A stretch of 63,777 bases of DNA, counting the filler, from Octopus bimaculoides (Eukaryota): assembly GCF_001194135.2 (NCBI RefSeq). It is 9 parts of 7 records of this genome, joined end to end, with 100 filler letters (N's around TTAATTAATTAA, not from the genome) between each part and the next. Parts side by side here need not be neighbours in the genome. Positions count along the whole stretch, not along the records: positions 14,826 to 23,727 come from NC_068985.1; positions 23,828 to 45,570 come from NC_069009.1; 7 more parts are not named here. One strand, given 5' to 3'. Positions 14,826 through 27,495 of the stretch are shown here, in pieces (within the stretch, counting starts at the first letter, position 1; the number at the start of each line of letters is the position of its first letter). A program made the translations under genes and the position numbers. The notes below the pieces were generated by a model. It saw only the letters and a list, made by a program, of their open reading frames with translations, made no database searches and was not told where the DNA came from.

Positions 14826-15069
14826 GTGCGGGTGGCACATAAAAGACACCATTTCGAGCGTGGTCGTTTTCGTGCGGGTGACACGTAAAAGCACCCACTA
14901 CACTCTCTGAGTGGTTGGCGTTAGGAAGGGTATCCAGCTGTAGAAACTCTGCCAAATTAGATTGGAGCCTGGTGTTACCATCCGGTTTCACCAGTCCTCA
15001 GTCAAATCGTCCAACCCATGCTAGCATGGAAAGCGGACGTTAAACGATGATGATGATGATGATGATGAT
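14826..15069 (+). mobile_element. SINE family D with an RTE-type (GAT)n tail
   Basis: gagtggttggcgttaggaagg...ccaacccatgctagcatggaaagcggacgttaaacgatgatgat. Other copies at 15745-16036 (+), 17097-17310 (-) and 19284-19422 (+). Confidence 0.8.
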
Positions 15070-15379
15070 AGCCATTAGTCTCTTGTGAACAGAAGTGTTT
15101 GGTGTGTATGTTTGGGTTGGAAAAGGCAAGTATGCCAAGTGTGAACATTTTAGAGTTAACTTTCCCGAAAAAAATACTGCTTATGGATCCATCTTACCAA
15201 GTAGTTGCATAAGATGAATTTTAAAGTTTTTGGGAGGTCTTCTCTGCAAGAGTTCAAAATATTTCAGAAATCATTTTTCACATACAATATCAACAACAGG
15301 TAAAAATTCAGAATGGAGTGCATAATATACAACTTAAATGTTACCATGTTGCTTGTTCTAGATATAACAAAATGTTACA

Positions 15380-15645
15380 TATGTAGTTTTCTTTGTGACT
15401 GCTGAGGACATGTGTAGGCTTGAAAGAAATGAAGCTAGTATACTCTGCTGGATGTGTAATGTCAGTTTGCATACATGACAGAGTTTAAATGCCCTGAGAG
15501 AAAAGTTAGACATAAGAAGCATGAAGATATGGGATGAGGTGATGAAGCAGGACCTTTGAACACTGGGTCTCACAGAGGCAATGACAAACGACCAAGACCT
15601 TTGGAGATATGCCATGCTTGAGAAGACTTGGCAAGCCAAGTGAGA
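15380..15645 (+). mobile_element. RTE-clade LINE 3' end fragment
   Basis: Decayed C-terminus (aagatatgggatgaggtg...gacctttggagatatgccatgcttgagaagac) homologous to the other RTE pieces. Confidence 0.6.
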
Positions 15646-17984
15646 TCGTAGTCATGGCTGATGCTAGTGTTGCATAACTGGCCCATTTAAAAGTACCCTT
15701 CAATCATTGGGAAATATGCCCTGCTTGTGAAGACTTATTGAACCAAGTGAAATCATAGTCATGGCCGATGACACCCATGCCAGTGGCACATAAAAAGCAC
15801 CTTTCAAGTGTGGCCGATGCCAGTACCGCCTGACTGGCTCCTGTGTTAGTGGCACATAAAAGCACCCACTACACTCTCAGAGTGGTTGGCATTAGGAAAT
15901 GTATCCAGCTGGAGAAACCATGCCAAATCAAATTGGAGCCTGGTGCAGTCTCCCAGTTTGCCAGTTCTCAGTCAAACCATCCAACCCATGCCAGCATGGA
16001 AGGCAGAAATTAAACAGCAATGATGATGATGATGGGAAGTATACATACCTTAGATGGCCTCTTACCAATAATTGGTTACATCACATCTTCACTAAATCAC
16101 CATCATGTTTATCATTTAACAGTGCAAATTAATCCTATCATTTATTTCCAATTCACTATATAACTTCTAACAATTTATTTATTACCAAATGATATCAACA
16201 AATTAAATAATATTGGAATAAACAGTTAGTGAAGGTCACTTTGAAGAAATGTGCAACTTTTATCATAATTTGATCAAGTTTGCTAATTCTATAATTTTTT
16301 CAATACTTGTTTTGTTTAGATGTTCATCATTGTCATTTAACAGCCTCTTTATCATGTTTATATGGGATAGATGGAATTTGTTGAGGCAGATTTTCTACAG
16401 ATGGATACCTTCCTGTCATTAACCTTCAGTTATTGTCAAGCAAGGAACTATTTTCTCATTAGACAAGTTTTTCATGGAAGACTCCTATTATGATGATGCT
16501 CATTTACAACTATCATGCGATGTCTAGACAAGGGTACACAAACACATATACAAATAAATAATTCACTTCTTTTAGTTTCTGTCTACAAAATCCACTCACA
16601 AGTCTCTGGTTAATCTGGGGCCATAGTAGAAGGCTCTTGTGGTACTGAATCCAAGACCACATGGTTGGAAGGCAGGCTTCTTTATCACACAATCATGCCT
16701 GCACTTATGTTCTAGATTTTAAATGATAGAACAATAAACCAGCTTTATTCAACTTCATGTCATTAAGAAAGTAATGTAATCAGGACTCAGGATTCTGGGT
16801 TTCACAGTTAAGATGACAAAACATTACATAATGGGTTAACTTGTGTGACAGACATGTCCAACACATATCAACATGCAGCATGAACAATAAAACAGGCTTA
16901 AGGTTGATTCCTAATTTATAAAACACATTGCATTGAATAGATTACTTTGATGCTTGTAAATTTAACATTAAGCTTAATCGTCAAAGTCATGAAAAAATTA
17001 GATAAATCTTACAATCAACAAAATCATACAATGTTAAATTGATTGTACCTTTTCTTTCCCCCACTCTGGTATATGTTAGATCATATATATATATCATCAT
17101 CATTGTTTGACATCCACCTTCCATCCTGGCATGGGGTGGATGATCTGACAGGAGCTGACTAGGTAGAAGACTGCACCAGGCTTTTGTCTGTTTTGGCACG
17201 GTTTTTATGGCTGGATGCCCTTTCAAATGGTTTTTATAGCTGGATGCCCTTTCAAATGCCAACCACTTTACAATGTGGACTGGATGCATTTTATGTGGCA
17301 CCAGCACAATCACCAAGTAACTAAGAACCTTTGAGAGAAGAGGGGTCATTGGAAGAGATGATCTTGTGTCAGATGATGAAAAATTAGAAGAGTGTCACAC
17401 AGAGAGAGAGAGAGAGAGAGAGAAAATGAGGACAGAAACAGGTGTAGAGCTGTAAAGTAGACACATGATTACCCAGCCAGAGGAAAGAGCAAGAAAAAGA
17501 GTGTGAAAGACAGCAAGAGTGCAAGAGAGAGCTGGTGGCCAAGTGCCAGGGCATACTCACTAGGAACAGAGATCAGAACATAGATGAGATGGTAGAGTAA
17601 AGAAAGAGTAAGATAAATGGTGGAAAGTGCCAAGGCATACCTTCAAGGTATGGAGATAATAATATAAATGGCAGGATATTGCCAAAGAAACATTATTAGG
17701 GAGTGGGGATGGAGAATGCAGTGACTGGTGAAAACCTAGGTATATAGAGAGGGTGAGGGACAACAGGTAAGCAATGATACAGTGAACAGGGCTGTGAGGA
17801 CAGGATTGAGGAGTGGGAGATAATCAAAGTGTATGAAAGAGGAAATGCAGTTCAGTTTGTGTGAAAAGTTTTATTGTTATGTGTGGGTAGGACACACTGC
17901 TTCTAGAACTCAGTATAACTGATGTGGGTGGGTCTTCTCAAGAACCCCATATTGCCAGACATCTCAGTCCATTGTCATTTCCTG

Positions 17985-18870
17985 TGAGCCCCAACATCCT
18001 GAAATTGGTCCTCACCACTTCATCTCATGACTTCCTGGGTCTCTCTCTTCCACAAATACCATCCACTTACAGTGACTGGCGCTTCTTTGTACAGCTGTCT
18101 TCTTTAATAAGCACCAAGTCCAAAGCAACGTAGTCTTCTCTCTCGCATGCTACTTCTGATTCCTCTAGTATCCAACTTTTCTCTCAATACATTTGTGCTT
18201 TGTTGTAAATGTTTTACATCCATTGTCAAACATGGTGCTGTACATCCAGCGGAATATACTGCCTTCATTTCTCTGTAGTCTAAGCAGATCTTCTGCATTC
18301 AGAGCCCATGTATCATTACCATGAAGTATAACTGTTCATTCACAAGCACCATACAATCTATCTTTCATTCTGAGAAAGAGTACTTTGCCAACAGAGGTAA
18401 TAGCTCTCTGAACTTCTTTCATCCTATTCTTATTCTGGAAACAATACTTTTAGAGCATCCTCCACCATTGCTAATTTGGTCACTTAGGTAACAGAAACTA
18501 TCTAAACCTCAAGAGAGCCTCCTGGGCATTTGAGAGAGTCTAAATCCCATGTGCTCTTAGTGTTTATTGTTCCTACATATCTGCCACATGCAAAAGTGAC
18601 TTTATCTGTTAATCTACCAGTGATTCCACTGCACCTCTTATGTGTCCATAGCTTACACTGGGTGCAGCAAATGGAATTACTTCCAAATTCTTTCTCTAGA
18701 AATTGAGCAGGGCCATTTACCTGATGGAAAGAGAGTCTTGTCTGCTTTCTTACTAACAGCAACTTTGGTCTTTGCTAAGTTAACTTTAAGGCCCTTGGTT
18801 CCAGTTTTTGCTTCTATATCTGGAATTTCTTCTCCAATTCTGCTACAAATTCTACAATAAAAGTGAAGTT
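17985..18870 (-). mobile_element. RTE-clade LINE 3' fragment
   Basis: CTQCKLWTHKRCSGITG and LREKLDTRGIRSSMRERRLRCFG, same family as the 34690 fragment. Confidence 0.8.
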
Positions 18871-19105
18871 ATCAGCATGGGTATATATATATATATATAT
18901 ATAAAATGTGAACAAACAAAGAAATGCAGATTACATCATTACATTTATTAATCAGTTGCAACTGTTTTGATAATTACTAGAATTATTAGATCAATCATCA
19001 ATATAATGGGTTATACAAATAAAAAAATTTATGTAAAACTACATAATTTTAAATGAAATTTTCCAAGTCATTTCACTGAACTTAGTATAATAGTAACACC
19101 AAGAT

Positions 19106-19148
<43 letters not shown>

Positions 19149-19459
19149 CATACATACATGAGAATGCTCCAATCAAATATATCACAGTGGTCAGTTATCT
19201 AACCAATTTAGAAATAGTTGTGATAAGATTGTTATTGGAGTGTTATCCTCTTTCCTGTGTGTATACATATATTATGATTCCATATGTTGGCATTAGGAAG
19301 GGCATCCAGCTGTAGAAACACTGCCAGATTAGATTGGGGCCTGGTGCAGCCTCCTGGTTTCCCAGACCCCAGTCGAACCGTCCAGCCCATGCCAGCATGG
19401 AAAACGGACGCTAAACGATGATAAAATATTTCTTCATAAAACTTTTGGCATCAATCCAG

Positions 19460-20401
19460 TTACTGTTCCGTATAAATACATAAATGTGTAGTTAAATGAC
19501 TTTTTTGAGAAAATGATTTCCCACAGATATCACAGTGATATGCTTTTTCTCCTGTATGAATGCATTTGTGTTTAGTTAAGTGACTACCGACAGAGAATGA
19601 TTTACCACAGATATCACAGTGATAGGGTTTCTCCCCTGTATGAATGCGTTTGTGTATAGTTAAGTGACTTCCTGCAGAAAATGATTTACCACAGATATCA
19701 CAGGGGTATGGTCTCTCCCCTGTGTGTATGCTTTTGTGTGTAGTCAAATGATCATTTCGAGAAAAAGATTTACCACAGACATCACAGTGAAATGGTTTCT
19801 CTCCTGAATGAATGCGTTTGTGTCTAGTTAGGTGATCATTTTTAGAGAATAACTTATCACAGATTTCACAGTGATATGTTTTCTCTCCAGTATGAACACG
19901 TTTGTGGTCGTTTAAGTGACTTTTATGAGAGAAAGATTGACCACAGATATCACAGTGATATGGCTTCTCCCCTGTATGAACGCGTTTGTGAGCAGTTACA
20001 TTACTTCTATCAGAGAATGATTTACCACAGATATCACAGTGATAGGGTTTCTCTCCGGTATGAATACGTATGTGTTTAGTTAAGTCATTATTTTGAGTGA
20101 ATAATTTACCACAGATTTCACAGTGATATCGTTTCTCTCCTTTATGAATGTGCTTATGTTTAATTAATTGACTTTCTTGAGAGGTTGACTGATCACAGAT
20201 GTTACCCTGGTACAGCTTCTCCCCTGCATGAATTTGTTTGTGAGTTAATAAAGTACTTTCTTTTGAGAATAATTTACCACAGATATCACACTGATAGGTT
20301 TCCTGTCCTCTATGAATACGTTTGTGAGTAGTCAGGTGACTTTTTTGAGAAAAGGACTTTGTACAGGTATCACAGGGGTATATTTTCCCTTTCTCTTCCA
20401 T
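19460..20401 (-). CDS. C2H2 zinc-finger protein, 313 aa, 11 tandem fingers (9 intact), no KRAB/BTB/SCAN domain visible
   Basis: ORF has repeated Y/F-x-C-x2-C-x3-F-x5-L-x2-H-x3-H units with TGEKPY linkers. Finger 3 lacks its first Cys (YQGNIC) and finger 11 ends HLCIY. A minus-strand acceptor (tttcttgtttatcatttcag) at 20806 implies a 5'UTR of about 404 nt in the same exon. Confidence 0.93.
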   Translation of the reverse strand: MEEKGKIYPCDTCTKSFSQKSHLTTHKRIHRGQETYQCDICGKLFSKESTLLTHKQIHAGEKLYQGNICDQSTSQESQLIKHKHIHKGEKRYHCEICGKLFTQNNDLTKHIRIHTGEKPYHCDICGKSFSDRSNVTAHKRVHTGEKPYHCDICGQSFSHKSHLNDHKRVHTGEKTYHCEICDKLFSKNDHLTRHKRIHSGEKPFHCDVCGKSFSRNDHLTTHKSIHTGERPYPCDICGKSFSAGSHLTIHKRIHTGEKPYHCDICGKSFSVGSHLTKHKCIHTGEKAYHCDICGKSFSQKSHLTTHLCIYTEQ

Positions 20402-21514
20402 TATATCATAAGGAATATTTATTTTTTTTTACACCATTTTACATTTTTTTCACATAATACATTTTCCATAATTTTTCTTCTCTCACCACAATTTACATGT
20501 TTTTTTCTTTTCATTTTATATTTTATTCTCAACATCTGCCACATTTCCATCAAACGTGATCTTTGATACTGTAAAATGCTTTATCATTCAATCTAATTGA
20601 AATGCAAAATTAGCAAGTACACATTACAAATGATTAAGTAGAGAAATTTTGTTATTCTTCAGCAGCAAGATTTCAGAGTAAATCCACCATATATTTATAC
20701 AAACAGTTTTAGATGAGTTCTCTCCCTGAAGTAATTTACAATTGATGAAATATTGATAATCCTTCTGAAGTAAACAGATCTTTTATTCCAAAGTCATCTG
20801 ATGTTCTGAAATGATAAACAAGAAATAATTATAAAGCTGAGATTCAACATGAGAAATTTTATCATATTTCTATATTAATATACTGTAGATATTAACCTTT
20901 AGCTGGATATATATATATACTCTACACTATACCTTTCTTCTATTGCCTGTTCTCTCTTCTCCTTCCGTAGCCCAATCTTTATTGCTATCCTTCAACCCTC
21001 CACTCTCTCTTTTACAGGTCACTCAGCTATCATTCTGTTCATACCATTTTTCTATTTAGTCTCAAAGCTTCCTGATACTATCTCACTTCTATCATTGCCT
21101 ACCACCATCATGCTCCAACTAGTTATTCCCATCACATTTCCTCCATTCACACATTCATACTTTCCTCCATTCACACTCTCGAAGACATTTGCATTAAACA
21201 GAGACTCTTTAGCTTTGCAAGGAACAAAGCAACCTCTCATGTTCTGATGCTATGACAAAATGTAACTAGTATACTCTGTAAAGCCATACGAACATATCAA
21301 AATAGAACATGTGACTGAGATATGTTCTATCTCCTAACCCTTTCAGAAGAGCAGTACTTTGAATAAGAATTCCAAGAGTCCTGTAATTTATGTTGTTAAA
21401 TGAAAATTTATTCAAAAAAAATAAACAGTTTGATTCATTTCAGTCTTGTGCTAAAGTACATCCAGTGATATAGTATATATAAATCATAGTATATGTGTGT
21501 ATAATGACAAACGT

Positions 21515-21989
21515 ATACATTTCCACAATTCACAACCGGTTTTCACCAAACTTTACACACACATTACTTATGTCCCAAGGATGGTCATGCACTATAAAAT
21601 TTTGCCCAGAGCTCCCACATAAATGGACAGTTTTTTGTATGTAAGGTTTTCATACTTTTTTAATCTTTTTATAAAAGTGAAAGGATCTTGTCTATTTATT
21701 TCGTTTGTCCACCTGCAACGGTGATTAAATTGATTGAGAACACTGAATGCATACATTTCCACAATTCTCAACTGATTTTCACCAAACTATACACACACAT
21801 TACTTATGTCCCAAGGCTGGTCATGCACCATAATATTTCGCCCAGAGCTCCCACATAAATGGATATAGTTTTTTTGCATGTAGGGTCTTCCACACTTTTT
21901 AAATCTTTTTATAAAAGTGAAAGGATTTTGTCTATTTATTTATTTCGACTATCCACCTGCAACGGTTATTAAATTTACTAGGAACACTG
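21515..21989. repeat. Two tandem copies of a unit of about 236 bp (Helitron/Helentron-like core)
   Basis: Copies start at 21515 and 21751 (atacatttccacaattc...ttttcaccaaact...gaacactg) and are highly similar. Confidence 0.8.
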
Positions 21990-22865
21990 TACATGATGAA
22001 TATCCAATACCAAACAATCTTGATCTCCATATTTAAACTGCATTAAGCTTACCTTTACCTATTCTGATGTTCCCTTACCTCTCTTCTATTTGTTGATACC
22101 TTTGTTTACCCACCAATGCATTATTTCACTTTAAGGATGCTTATTTACCCATCTATTATATTTTGACTGTTGTCTATTGTTTCAAATACATTTTAGTATT
22201 GTCATTCTAGCTTTTTTTTAAACAATCACATATGATTTGTCCCACAGAATCAACCTTTAAATAAGAGTTTTGCTTCCACTAGCGAAAGTTATACGTATCT
22301 TTCAGAAAACTCCATACAAATTTAACTTTATGTGGCATCTGCTGTTAGTTTATGCACAGGCTATGTGGGAAGACAGAATAAAGGGGCTTTTGTTAGCTTA
22401 TCTCTCTGAAAAAATATCTCTCTTTCCTGTTGAATGAAACAAACTTGCAGAGGGGAAGTTTCAACGTCTTCCTTCAATTTCCTTACACTATTTATGTGGC
22501 TGTTTCTGACAAGAAATTTCGTTTTCATGTACAACAGCTATATTTTTTTTAGTCATTATCTGTAATCTACTCCCCAACCACTTCAGTAGCTCTACTTTTC
22601 ATTACTTATGAATTTATATGTTTTATGATCATTTAAGTGCAACAAGCTCCACAATAACCAGCCTTCAATTTGATTTTCCATTCCTAGGGTAATCAGAAAC
22701 ATAGATTGCCATGCTACTCATAAACCTTCTCAGTAGTTCAATTATTTGGTGGCAAAAAAACCGACTAAAGCAACTTAAACCATCCAAAGGACGGGTGTGT
22801 TTGCTAGTATTCAATAAAATTCTACAGTTTATGAAACACATTATTGGTTAGGGTTAAATTTAAAC

Positions 22866-23091
22866 CTTTGAACCCATGAGTACACTTTAACAGGCATGAT
22901 TTTGTTTGACCATACCTCTGGAAGATGCAAAAGTAGATAGTCACATGGTTTTGTGTGTATGAGTCATTAATTGGAAGAAACATATTATTTTCAGGTGTAA
23001 ACACAAAACCATGTGGCTGTCTACTTCTGTGTCTTCCTGGGGTATAGTCAAATGAAATCCTGCCTGCAAATATGTACTCATGGGTTCAAAG
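22866..23091. mobile_element. Fold-back MITE, possibly piggyBac-like
   Basis: 19-bp perfect IR ctttgaacccatgagtaca that extends imperfectly for about 100 bp. gggttaa at the right end. Confidence 0.6.
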
Positions 23092-23392
23092 AATTTAGGG
23101 TTAAGAGATAGAATAGTCATGATTGGTAGGCTGTAGTTTTGTTCAAATTCCTTTGCACCTGACTGATTCTTAGCTCATGCCCAAAACCCCAAATAAATAG
23201 GGACTGTTAACTTTTTTGTTTCAAAAATTTCCGTTTTAGATCATTAAGACCAAGATACTCAAAATGACAACCCATCCAAAATGTACTAACATAGAAATTG
23301 AACCTAAATTATGATGATAAATTTACAACTTAGTGTGAAGTTTACATACTTACAGACTATAGCTCAACCTTCACATATGTTAAACAGCATAA

Positions 23393-23695
23393 TCTATATA
23401 TATAAAAATGAGAATGTGTGTGTGTGTGTGAATCCCTAAAACTCGAGAACTACGCAACCAATTTCATTCAAATTTTACACATGCCTTACTTAGGGTTCCA
23501 GTTGTGTTTTAGTCAAAAAAATTTTTTAACTTCTTGCAGAGTTCGAGCCCACGGCAACATAATATCTCCACTATTTAAGTATTACGTGTCAAAAGTGAAA
23601 CAAAAACACTCATGTCAAATACTTTCACTTTAAAAATGAAACTATTCCACTAACTGAAACAATCACATTTCGATACTGTAATGACAGATACTTTC
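23393..23695 (+). mobile_element. Helitron-like 5' portion
   Basis: TCTATATATATAAAA plus a (GT)n start, typical of non-autonomous Helitrons. The 3' end was not found (N gap follows). Confidence 0.5.
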
Positions 23696-24715
23696 AGAGA
23701 GAGAGAGAGAGAGATGTATATGTACACNNNNNNNNNNNNNNNNNNNNNNNNNNNNNNNNNNNNNNNNNNNNTTAATTAATTAANNNNNNNNNNNNNNNNN
23801 NNNNNNNNNNNNNNNNNNNNNNNNNNNATATATATATATATATATACATATATATAGGGAAAATATAAGTTACAAATGCACTGAGAATGGTTAAAATATT
23901 TTTTATTAATATACTTAAAGCTTTAACCGGTTTCACAGTTTTCACTGATTTTCAAAAAGTTCAAATAGAAAGACGTGGTTTATGTTGTAGCTATCTTGCT
24001 TCTGACTAGCGTTTGAAGCTTGCCCTACTTTTAAAGGGAGTTCATGACTCAAATTAGTATATGTTTTGAATAGGATTTGATTGGTAGAAGGTAGTCACAT
24101 GACTGGTCTTAGAAATTTTTGTAGGTTCCTTGCTGTGACAATGTTTGGCATCATACAATAAGGCTGACACAGTTGACAAGTCCAAACAATCAATGCTCTG
24201 AACGTTTTCTGCCAAGTGTTCTTAGAGAATGAACATGTGATTAAGTTTATAACCTTTTGTATTTCCCCTATGTGTGTTAGTGTCACATGACAGTATATGT
24301 TGCATCTAAAAAGAAGGCTGACACAGTTGAGTGAACATGTTCCTTTTCTTCCTCCTCCTCTTCTTCCTTGTGTTTTTTATTCTTTTCCTCCATGATGATG
24401 GAGAGAAATGTAAATAGTTGTCTCTTGTAATTGTTTGAGATTTAGGCAGAAGGCTAACAATATTGAAGAGAGGGGATTTGGTGGCTATCATCCACCTGTA
24501 CTCACAACCTCTTTCCCATCAAATCACTTCTTAGACAAATACATATCCAAAATCAACCTCAATATTTCACTGGTACTTTATTTTGTTGACCCCTTGGAGA
24601 GATGGAAGATGAAATTTACCATGTTATGATTGGAACGCACAGTGTAAGGAGCAGATGGGAAACCACTAAGCCTTTTGTTCAATGCATGAATGATTCTGCA
24701 GGCTTGCATCCTTGA

Positions 24716-25030
24716 ATAATAATAATAATAATAATAATAATGCCCGGATGCAGTACCAGGCAGTGGCTCTCATGGCTTCTGATCTTAATTGATTGGAAGT
24801 GTTATCATGTACATTGTTTTTTCTTGGTATAAAAAATGGGCTACAGCAAATATTCTGCTTAATACCACAGATTTACTTGTCAGTTGTTTGACCTTAACCA
24901 GTTGAGCATGTCTCTTAGTGGCTGACGATATGTGTATCTCTGATCATGAGCAGAAGTAGTGGGGGAGCATCATAGCCATGTGTTGAGAGGAATTCTTTGG
25001 GGTTTGGATAATTCACCTTTGGAAACATGG
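24716..25030 (-). mobile_element. SINE-like dispersed repeat with (TTA)n tail
   Basis: Non-coding block ending in a trinucleotide tail. Family identity is from pattern recognition only. Confidence 0.45.
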
Positions 25031-25079
25031 ACAGGTTAGCTTGAGAGGTTAAGCAGTTGTAGTCGATGAAAAAGGTGGT

Positions 25080-25311
25080 ATTAGTACCAATAATTGTCAG
25101 AGCCCTGGGAATAGTGAGTAAAAATCTTGAGAAGTACATGGAAGAAATAGGGGCTGCAATAAAGGTGGAGCACTTGTAGAAAACAGCACTGCTTGGAACC
25201 GCTTGAATACTCCGGAAGGTGCTCGAAAAATAAGGGGTGTTACCTTAGTTCACTGGTAGTGAACAGCTGACACCAGAGTACATCTCCAGTGTTAGAAGCT
25301 GTGCAAAGGCA

Positions 25312-25353
<42 letters not shown>

Positions 25354-25358
25354 TTATA
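25080..25358 (+). mobile_element. R4/Dong-like (RLE) non-LTR retrotransposon 3' end with (TAA)n tail
   Basis: VPIIVRALGIVSKNLEKYMEEIG...L*KTALLGTA*ILRKVLE*, then a short 3'UTR and (TAA)n. Confidence 0.7.
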
Positions 25359-25807
25359 ATGATTTCAAATTTTGGCACAAGTCGTGCAAGTCCGAGGGAG
25401 TAAACCGATTACCTTGACCTCAGTATTCAACTGGTACTTGTTTTATTGACTCTGAATGAATCACAGGCTAAGTTAACTTTGGGATTATTTGAACTCAGCA
25501 ATTACAATACTACCGAGTAATCTATTTATTTAAGTATTTACTTATTCACTTCTGCCATTAAGCATAACTAATTTGTCCATTCTTTACTTTTTAGACAATA
25601 TCATCTTCAAACCCAAAGTAATCTTTATTTCTTTGAAGAAATTCTTTCTTCAAATTCTTACATTTTGAACAACAGCGATAAATTACGATTCTGATTTTTG
25701 TTTTAATTTCAGTTTTTCCTCTGTTCCCTTCCTAACATTAACACGCTTTCATTATTGTATCCCCACCGACATTCTAAACCATTTTAACTTGCTAGACGTA
25801 CTAGAAA

Positions 25808-26250
25808 TATGGGCTAAACCAGTAATTTATCATCCACCTCAAAAGGGACAAAGTATTATCACATTACGAAATGAAGGCTATAGATTTTGAGACATAGCGA
25901 AACAAGTTCAAGTTTCCTACACTGCCGTCTGCTCCGTCATCGTAAGGTATAATGAAACAGGAAAAAATAACGACAGAGCTCGGTCAGGTCATCCAAAAGT
26001 GACTTCTAAATCATGGGATAAGTTCATTAGAGTCACCAGTCTTCGAAACAGACATCTGACAGCAAATTAAATTGCTGCACATGTCAGTGAAGCCGGCGAA
26101 GCTAACGTGTCAACCACGAGCAGAAAACTTGTTGCTGCTGGTTTAAATGGCTTTTGCATTGCCAGAAAACCACAGGCTTCGACCTGTGAATAAACGTAAA
26201 GGCCAGAAAACAACAAACCTGGACCGTTGACCAATGGAAACAAGTTCTGA
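25808..26250 (+). mobile_element. Tc1 transposase N-terminal fragment (pseudogene)
   Basis: Translation QSIITLRNEGYRF*DIAKQVQVSYTAVCSVIVRYNETGKNNDRARSGHPKVTS...FIRVTSLRNRHLTA, then a WTVDQWKQVL-like segment after a frameshift. Confidence 0.8.
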
Positions 26251-27189
26251 TTGCGGTATAGGAGCAGTGTGGTGGCGCAATGGCCCAGTGGTTAGGGCAG
26301 CGGACTCGCGGTCATAGGATTGCAGTTTCAATTCCAACCAATTCATTGAGAAGGGGCTGGTCCACGTTGACTGTAGGCACAGTCATGGCTGACAATGGCA
26401 ATATGAAACCAACACGTAGGGCCATAGCGGCTGCAGTTGAAGGTCTGGTCAGGATTTGAAGACGTGATGTTGCAGTTATCCGTCCTGTAATTTTTGTTCT
26501 TCAGAGTGGCCCTGCAGAGGAAACACCATTAGCAGCAGGACCGTCATTATCACCTTCTCCATAATCATTGCTATCACGATCTTCAGCATCTTCATCATCA
26601 TCTTTTATACTCTATCTTCTATATTGACTTGTGTTGAATGATTTGACAGAATCTGATGAATTGGAGGACTGTACCATGTTTCAATGTCTGCTTTGACATG
26701 GTTTGTATGACCAGGTGGCGTTCCTTACATGAACCAGGGGAGGGGTGATCAATGTAAAACATGAGTGGAGAGTGATAATGTTAAAAATCACGGATGGATA
26801 TTGAGTGTAGTAGTTTTGGTTAGTGAGAAAGATAACTTCTATCTTAGAAAAGATGATAAAATGTTAGTTCTGTCCTCATTTAATTAGAGTAGTAGAATAC
26901 TGAAGATAGTTAAGTGATAGAGAATGAGTGGATGAGGAAATTAAGCAAAGGGCCTAACTGTGTATATACAGACGTCATACTTTCAGAAATTCAGTTTAGC
27001 TGAGATGGGTGGATTTTCTCAAACACAGTTTATCACCAGTCATCCTAATCCTTTCTCATCTCTTCCCTAAGATCAACTTTTACTACTCATCTTCCTGTAT
27101 CTCTTCCACAGTTTCTACCCATCTTCAGTGATTCACACTTCTTTATGTGGTTCTTCTCATCCATAACCATTGTATGTCCCATACTAGTT

Positions 27190-27495
27190 CTGTCTTCTCT
27201 CTCATACATTACATCTGATTCCTTTTATACCCAATTTCTCTCTCAATACATTTGCACTCTGTCTTACATACACACTGATGTTACACATCCAATGGAGTAT
27301 ACTGGCTTCAATCCCTTCTAGTCCTTGTATTTCCTCTACATTAACAGTCCACGCTTCACTACCATACACCTTTGTTGTTTGTGCACAAGCATCATGCATC
27401 CTGCCTTTCACTCTAAGACAAACCTTTTCTTACCAGCAGAGTTAATATCTTTCTGAACTTTCTCCATCTTGTTCTTATTCTGGCAACTCTGACAA
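27190..27495 (-). mobile_element. RTE-clade LINE fragment
   Basis: VYGSEAWTVNVEEIQGL...NVLREKLGIKGIR. Confidence 0.75.

Noticed and set aside
19460-20401. Idea that this ZNF binds the local TTAGGG arrays (finger 7 KxxHxxR resembles GGG-reading RxxHxxR fingers)
   Set aside because: Adjacent finger 8 (RNDHLTT) predicts NGG rather than TTA, so the code does not fit TTAGGG. No direct support.
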